Positions 7,092 through 14,765 of a stretch of 14,765 nt of DNA are shown here, in pieces. Below the pieces are notes generated by a model. That model saw only the letters and a program-made list of their open reading frames with translations. It did not search any database and had not been told where the DNA came from. The DNA is from Geosiphon pyriformis uo1 (Eukaryota > Fungi > Glomeromycota). A program made the translations under genes and the position numbers. The DNA is taken from positions 1 to 14,765 of the forward strand of contig JAAOMT010000312.1 of the NCBI GenBank assembly GCA_016748015.1, given 5' to 3'. Every line of letters starts with the position of its first letter. Positions within the stretch are counted from its first letter, which is position 1.

Positions 7092-10000
7092 ATGACCACG
7101 ACTTTAGAAGTAACCAGGTCTCCAACTTCCTCACATAGACCAAAAACATCTCAATCAACAATAAATTATGATTCTACAAATATCCGTACTTCTACCAGGT
7201 CTTCTTCCAGGTCGACTTATTCAAGAAGTGGTCGTGGTTGTTCAAAAAAAAGCCCATCGGAATACTACGAAACAATATCAAGTTCCTCAAAGTCACAACG
7301 CGGTCGACCTCAAACCTCAGCTTCGACGCGTACTGGTGCTGGTGGTAGTGGACGAGGAGATGCGCATTCATTAGTTGTTGCGGTTATTGAGGGCCGAGGT
7401 GTGTGATCATAAAATTTAGTTTACAAGCCCTGAAGATTTGGTTTGGATCTTTTAACTTTAAGCGCTCTTCAGTAATATTCATCTTTTCGCTTTCGTCTTC
7501 TCAAAAAAATCAAAGGTATTGCTAGTGAAGTTGGAATGTGTTTTATTGATCTTAGAACAAGCGAGTGTATTTTGTCTCAGGCAAGCGTTTCTTTCTGTAT
7601 GAGAGTAAAAAGTTAAATTTATCGACATTGAACCAATTTTTACTGTAGATTTCCGATTCTCAGACATATGTGAAGACATTGCACAAAATGAGTTTGTACA
7701 ATCCTATGGAGGTTAGATATACTCAATTCATTCGACTATTAAAACAGAAAAATAGGAAAAGAGTATGATCAATATTCAGAAGAATTTTTCCTCATAGATT
7801 CTCTTGTCAATCACCGCGGTCGAACCTTCTATGTCAAAGCTGTGTAAGATTCTTGAAGAAAATATACCAACGGCAACGATTACTCCTATTGGAAGAAAAT
7901 TTTTTAATGATGAAGTTGGTATGTTGGGAATAATAAACTATTTTCATTTTCAATGGCTTCGATACTAATTCCTTGCCGATCTTAATTATTTGAAAAGGAA
8001 TGAATTATATTAAACAGGTTCAAATTTTAATGCTCAACTATGAATACATTTGGCTAGCTTGATTTTAACCTAATTAAAAACTTAGTATGGTCTCGAAGAA
8101 GATGCCCCTGCCTTGATACTTGGGATCACGTCAAAGTAAAATATTTTTATTTTTTATTAATTGATCAATACATTATTCTTATTCATTTCTTGCCAGATTC
8201 TATTGTCTAGCTGCGGCTGCAGCAGTTTTAAAGTATATAACCTCTTCATAGATATGTGGTAGTTTTCCACTTAGAAATTGTCGTCTCACTATTTTATTAA
8301 CAACTCTAGACATATTGAGAACACACGGAATATTTTTTTCACCAGCCATTCAATGCAGTTCAAATACCAAGGATGCGAAGGTAGGCAAAAAATTCCGGAG
8401 ATTAAAAACCTACTACACAAAAAATTTACAAAGTTTGTGTTAACAATCAACTGTCAGGAACAATGATGATAGGTGTGAAAGCTTTCTCTTATTTTTTTTC
8501 AAGAACCAATTATTCATTATAAAGAGATCACAAAAATTCCACAACTAGATTGTGCAGCAGCACGAAATTTGGAACTCATTGCCAATATTTCAAACCCCAA
8601 AAACAATCACTCTCTTTACGGTATTTTTCAGTTAATTTTTCGTGTTAAATGTCAGATTTTTTTTTATTAAACTTTAAAAATTATCAGGAGTACTCAATAA
8701 CACAGGAACCCCTATGGGAGGTATAAATTTCTCTTGTATTATCTCCAGAGATTATCTCAATGCTGAAAAATCCTAAAAGTCTTCCGTTAAATTTGTAGCA
8801 CGATTATTTAGGACAAATATTCTGCAACCTTTGACTGGTATTTTAAAATCTTAACTATTTAATATGTATCATATTTATATAAAAGAGTAAATTTTGTGCA
8901 CAACTTTTCCGCTAGACCTTGCTACCATCAACACACGATTAGATTCGGTAGAAGGTAGGCCTCTAATTTCTTTGTCTATGCAAATCTCAAGTTAGATTTC
9001 AAGTAAAATTTTTTATATATGCTAGAGCTAATGCAAAATGAGGTGAGAATTTCAATCCGTTTAATTTGAGCTTATAATTATGAAATATTCTACATTTGGA
9101 TACACAGGAATTATTCTTTGGAATACAAGGAGGTAAAGTATATTTTTGGAAAGAATCGTTTTACAGTTTTTTAATCTCAACGTTAATTGACTTTCTTTCA
9201 GCCCTGAAACCGTTTCAAGATATAGACCACCTGATTACTTCGGTAGGTCATGTTATACTTTGTTAAAAAACGATGTAGCCTGTTTGTTCATTAAAATTTT
9301 TTGCAGTTGATTCAGGTACCTCGAAAACCAACCATCAAACATGCCGAACAAAGCCTTAACAATGTTATCATGCTAAGACACACACTCAAATTAATAGCAC
9401 AGTTAAGAGCGAACTTGGGAGAATGTCAAACAACATTATTGACGGCCATCTTCAAGGCAAGACACCAACCAAGTTTTAAATATATTTTTAAGTTCGTGGA
9501 GCTTAAGAAAATGTTGTTATTAGTTACTTTCAGATCCAAGGTTGCATGAGTTTGATGAATTTATTAATCAAGTAATTAACGAAGATGCCACCTACCAAAA
9601 AAGTGCCTTGGGTTTACGAAATCAACGTTGTTATGCTGTTAAGGTAAAGTTTTTGAATTCCATTTATTTGAACTCAGAAATATTCTGAATTAAGTTAATG
9701 AGTGCAGGCAGGATTCAACGGATTGTTGGATGTTGGCAAGTAAAGATTTCCTTATAATTTGAGACTAGTTTTGTAACTATTATTGAAATTTGCAATTTAT
9801 GTTCAAAAATCCTTGACAGCGCGCCAAACATACAAAGAAACCACCAACGATATATATGATCTGGTTAATGCCTATTCAGGTATGATGGTTCGCAAATTTG
9901 GTAATATTCCCTGTTACTATTAATTAACCAACAAATCTACAAATTTGCTAGAGGAGTACAATATACCAATCAAGATACAGTTTAATCCAGCTACTGGTTT

Positions 10001-11986
10001 TTATCTCAACACAAGCGCAGCAAATATTGTCGAAAAACCCCTGCCCCTTATCTTTATTAATTTGACTAAAAAACGAAATATACTCAGTTTCACAACATTG
10101 GAATTGGTATCAAATTATTTCATGTTTTTTTTAATATAGCCTATTGAAATTAATACTTCAAAAGCGTTTGTATTTTCAGATGAAAAAAAATACCAAAATA
10201 AATGATTCAATGACAGAAGTTTATTTGATGTCAGACAAGTAAGGCTAAGATGTTTAGAAAAGTGTCCAATTCAATTTCTTTTAAATCTATTTACATATAA
10301 TTACCAATATTTTTCCTTTGTCCCAGAATAGTGCAAAATCTAATAGTGGAAATTTGCAAGAATATTGGGGTACTTTATAAGGCTTCCGAATCTATAGCAA
10401 TGTTGGATATGCTGACTTCCTTTGCACATCAATGCACTATTTCAGATTATGGTATTTGATGATTGTTTTCATCTTTATCGTATATAACATTCTAATTAAA
10501 TTTTGGCAAAATAAATTATCCAGTTCGACCAGAATTTACTGACACTTTAGCGATCAAGTCAGGACGTCATCCAATGCGGGAATCACTGTTTATTGATAAA
10601 TTTATCCCTAATGACACATATGCAAGCAATGCAACAAATTTTCAATTAATTACCGGTCCAAATATGAGCGGTAAAAGCACTTATTTACGCCAAATTGCTC
10701 TTATGTGTATTATGTCGCAGATTGGATCCTTGTAAGTTTTAAGCTCGAACCTTGAAGAAATTGCTTAACATTTAGAGCTAACCTCTTAATATTTAGAGTT
10801 CCAGCAGAATACGCGTCATTTCGAATTGTTGATCAGGTAAAGGTTTTAGGGTGTCCACGGTTCAATCACTGTTTAAATGAATTCTTTATAATCCTGAATA
10901 CAGCTGTTCACCCGAATTTCCAATGACGATGACATGGAAACTAATGCCAGCAGCTTTATAGTTGAGATGCGGGAAACTGCTTATATATTACAGAATATTA
11001 CCGATAACAGCCTAGTAATTATTGATGAGCTTGGGAGAGGTACGAAAAATATTTTTGAGGTTAATCGATTTTCAAAAAGTAATTATTAGACTCATACTGT
11101 GTGCATTCGATTACATAAATCAAGCTACCTCAATTCATGACGGTTTAGGTATCACCCATGCAGTCTGTGAGGAATTATTAAAGACTAAGGAAAGAAAACC
11201 TTTAATGAAGGAACTCATTTATTATGACGGAATATTTATTTCAGCACTTGATATTTTAGGCTTTTGTCTTTTTCGCAACACATTTTCATGAGCTTACCAG
11301 AAGCTTGATCATCTTCCCAAATGTTGTAAATCTACATTTGGAGGTCGAGGTAAACATGTTTATTTTATTAACTTGAAGACTTCTTAAAAAAATTTTTCAT
11401 TAAATTTACCATAAAGATAGCCGACGGAGAAAATCACTTTGCGATGAAATACATGTACCGAGTCAAAGATGGGCGAAATGATGATGAGCATTATGGTTGA
11501 TTTTTATAAGAATGAATAAAATAACTTTATTTCCAAGGCCACTGGTGATATTGATATTTATACCTTTTTTTTGCGATAGGATTAAAATTTGGGCAACTTG
11601 TAGGTTTGCCAGAAGATGCAATTCAAAAAGCTTCGGAAGTATCCCACAAGGTCTGAAACATCTTTATTTTCTTTTCCTGAAATAACTACCTAAAGATATT
11701 TTATTTGAAACTCTTGCAGCTTAAACAACTGATTGATTCTAATAAAGAAAAATCAAATTCTCATAAAATACGTCAAAGAAGGAAGACATTGCTGCAGGTA
11801 CTCTGCTTTGTATTACAGTTTATTATTCTATAGCCAATCACTAATAAGAGCTCAACATCAACGTCAAAGTTGACTCATCATCTTTTACAAGTCAAGCGTT
11901 CATCCAATTTGGATAAAGATAGCATTCGCCGGTATCTGAAAATGGTTCAAGAAGAATTTGTGGCCAAGATGGAGCAACTGTTATAG
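7092..11986 (+). CDS. MSH4: Meiotic MutS homolog 4 (MutS-gamma subunit), 32 exons, 864 aa
   Basis: Manually spliced exons: 7092-7398, 7516-7580, 7649-7711, 7798-7918, 7998-8017, 8086-8135, 8197-8232, 8310-8380, 8458-8472, 8549-8620, 8688-8720, 8799-8837, 8916-8954, 9026-9042, 9108-9132, 9202-9242, 9307-9456, 9524-9643, 9708-9735, 9820-9879, 9952-10106, 10180-10238, 10327-10451, 10524-10731, 10797-10836, 10904-11039, 11125-11189, 11260-11349, 11417-11495, 11580-11650, 11720-11797 and 11870-11986. These total 2595 nt in one open frame. MSH4-typical segments are [67 protein letters not shown] and [17 protein letters not shown]. ATPase motifs are Walker [11 protein letters not shown], Walker B IIDELGR and FATHFHEL. 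A Ser/Thr/Arg-rich N-terminus replaces mismatch-binding domain I. Confidence 0.95.
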
Positions 11987-14326
11987 GGATTTTTTATTTT
12001 TAGAATATTTACAATTATCTGTTAGAATTATATCGAATATTTTTAGAGTGCAAGAATTAAAAGCCTTTGAATATTGAGTTTGTAAAATGGATAAAAAAAT
12101 TCTAAAAACACTGGTCTTCGTTCAACTTGGGGTTCTTTATGATAATGTTGACGCTATTGGTCAGTCATTAGAAATTTCGCATGCAATTTTTGATTCTCAT
12201 TATTTGTGTTTTACCAGAATGTGACAATTTTCAACTAAAAATTTAATTTAGCAGGAATTGGCAGATTTGCCTGGGTGAATGCTAGAAATTTTGCGGTTTA
12301 TATTTTTTGTTGACTTTTTTTATTTTCTTCAGTATTTTGCAACAAATTTTCGAAGAGTATATTTTCAATAAGATTGCAAAGTTGGTCTTGATTTAGACTT
12401 TTTCTAATGGAGTATTCTGTGCTTTCTATGTAAACTGTCACTTTTTATATTTTTCATCCAACATTAGAAAATCTTAATGCTTTATTAGCAAATTTAATGC
12501 CTTTACAAATTATTTCGCTTCTTCTTTGATTAGTAATTCTGTTAAATATAAAGTATCATTAATTATTGGTTCAATTCAAAGCTTTATCGCCTGATTCAAA
12601 AAAAAATATCGACTTCTTTATGACAAAAAATACTCATACTTTCATATTATTGATAATTAAAAGCCATTTTCTTTAAGAATTTTTGAAATGGTTGACTGGT
12701 TACGATAAAATTGAAGGTTTTTTATCATATTCAAAACCTTCGTATTACTAATAGCTGTTTTTGACTTTTTATAAATTAAGAATCTAAAAACCATTATAAC
12801 ACCAAGTTTTGTTTAAAAAAATAAAAAATAACGTTTAGAATATATAAAAATTTATTAATTAATTTTTACTTTATTTTATATTAAATTATAATAGTGATTA
12901 TTAATCAATTTGACTATATAGAGGTAATTTATTAATAAAAAGATTGGTTATAGAAATAATTTAATTATATGAAGTTTGTAATAATATAGATTTAAGATTG
13001 TATAAATTTTGTGATTATATAAAGTTAATTATTTTATAAAATTTACATCTATAAAGTATTGTTCTGATTTCTAATATTTTTTCGTTACTTAATGTATTGT
13101 ATTTGTGGCAAAAATTAAAATAACAAACAGCTTTGTTACAATTCAAAGAATTAATAATATATATTAAATATTTGTGATGAAGTAAAATTCAAGCTTTTAT
13201 TTATTGTAAAATTTTTGAACGATTAGTTAATTATAAACAGAAAAACTATTTTTGAGAAGTAAAAAAAAGAATTCAAAAATTCCAACAAAATCAATCAATA
13301 GACAATATTCACCTCAAAGTTGAAATTCTCGAAGTTTCAAAAATTTTAAATGATTTGGAACGAGGTGTGGGAGGTTCCAAAATTGATTTAACATAAATAT
13401 TATAATAAAAATAGTTTGATAATTTTGATAATGAATTATAATATTAATATTGTAATTTTAATTAAAAAGATTAATATTATTAATTATCTGTATAAGTAAA
13501 AACACAAGTTAAACCAGACAAAACAACAAAATTTTGTTTATAAAAAGTAATCTATTGTTATAAATGCTTTTAATAATTTTCATTTCATAAACTAAGAATA
13601 TTTTCAAAAACTTGATTGAAAAACTCTTTATCTGATTACAAATTTTTATCTGGAAACAAAACAATTTAAGAAACCAATTTAATGCAAAAACACATAAACA
13701 AATTTTTGGAATGAAGTTTCCTTTCTGCTCTTTTTGTGTATTAAGCTATTAAACACATTATTGTTAAATATGAAATTTTCTATTTGTTATATAGAAAAAT
13801 GATAATAAAAATCCACATTGAAACAATTCTTTTTTGAAAAACAATTATAATTAATGTGAATAATATTTTAACGACAAAAACGGCTTGAAAGAAACAAAAA
13901 ATTGTCAAACCATTTTTGAACATTGGTAACTTATTTGTTGATACCAGTTTATATTTAATGGTAATTTTAATCCAATTTTTTTTTATTAATTTGTACATTA
14001 TATCTTCATATTAATAGTGCATTTTTTAATGTTTTAAGCATCTACATTCGGAAATCAATATAGATGATTATTATTATCTTAGGGATAAAACTGTTAAAAT
14101 AATCTCAAGTTTATTCTTTAAATATTAAAATAAACAAGAATTTGAATTGAATATACATAAAAAAAATTGCCCTATTGAGACTTTATTAAAAATGTGACTA
14201 ATATTTAGTGACAATTTTTCCAAAATAAAAAAAGTAAAGAAAAACTTCCAGCTTTCAACCATCTTTTTCAAACCAAGTAAAATTTCACCTTGGATAAATT
14301 TCCTTGTATTGGCCTAAAACCATTAG

Positions 14327-14765
14327 TTCCCGATAAGATAGTTGTTTAACACTTATCCCTATTTCTCTTTCCTATCGGGTGCGAACATTAAGTCTTCTTT
14401 TATTGTAAACCCCACCCGAAAGATTTCCACTTTTTCTACCGACCCCTGGGATAGGATCACCAGCGCGAACCAGGTTAAGACTTATAATAAGAGCCAAGCC
14501 AAAGAGCAAATATAAGAAGATTGAACTGGGGAATGTGTTTTTTATTGATGAGCGAAACATTTTTAAATTAAAAATTTAGTATAAATGTTTATTATATAAT
14601 GAATTTTCAATTGATTTACTGATTTATTGATTTATTGATTCTTTAAAAGAATCTTTTTGATTAAAAGCCTGGAGAAGGTTAAAATTGGTCTTTTTATACT
14701 TTTATTTCCAAAAAATAAAATCAAGCGTTTATTATCTCAGAAATTTTATTTGCTGTTGGAGAATT
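14327..14765 (-). repeat. 439-bp repeat, copy 3 (right arm, inverted; ends at the window end)
   Basis: Exact reverse complement of 5612-6050. On the inner side it diverges after ...TATCGGGAA (CTAATGG here vs AAGGCC in copy 2). Confidence 0.95.
14372..14560 (-). CDS. 62-aa secreted prepro-peptide, copy 3
   Basis: The ORF is identical and on the minus strand, convergent with copy 2 across MSH4. Confidence 0.65.
   Translation of the reverse strand: MFRSSIKNTFPSSIFLYLLFGLALIISLNLVRAGDPIPGVGRKSGNLSGGVYNKRRLNVRTR

Noticed and set aside
7168-11685. Track ORFs 7168-7374, 7479-7679(-), 8278-8466, 9301-9549, 9945-10139, 11022-11291 and 11497-11685 as separate genes
   Set aside because: They are MSH4 exons with intron read-through, or off-frame or antisense shadows of it.
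13780-13998. 72-aa minus-strand ORF
   Set aside because: It is a low-complexity I/F/K translation of AT-rich DNA with no motif.
5612-14765. DNA transposon (Pack-MULE-like) with 439-bp TIRs carrying MSH4
   Set aside because: There is no transposase, and a target-site duplication cannot be checked. Promoter homology to the 2453 paralog runs continuously across the left boundary, so the repeat looks like a piece of a native gene.

Overview
This is very AT-rich eukaryotic DNA with many ~60-120 nt spliceosomal introns. It looks like an early-diverging fungus (Mucoromycota/Glomeromycotina-like), which is an inference from composition and intron style only. The main gene is a complete meiotic MutS homolog, MSH4 (7092-11986, +). 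I reconstructed it as 32 exons and 864 aa, with three GC-AG introns and one apparent GA-AG intron. MSH4 lies between two identical 439-bp inverted repeats (5612-6050 + and 14327-14765 -). Each repeat carries a 62-aa secreted prepro-peptide ORF pointing inward. A third identical copy (5153-5591), directly before a 20-N scaffold gap, is probably an assembly overlap of the left repeat. About 2.9 kb upstream is a decayed paralog (2453-2761). It shares the signal peptide and promoter blocks (palindromic CArG box, AAACCRGTTT, TATA region) but carries an unrelated Cys/Trp-rich payload. Together these suggest a small secreted-peptide family with a conserved promoter and signal peptide and a variable mature region, next to a potentially invertible meiosis gene. 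The window also has a 31-bp minisatellite and a 42-bp tandem duplication.
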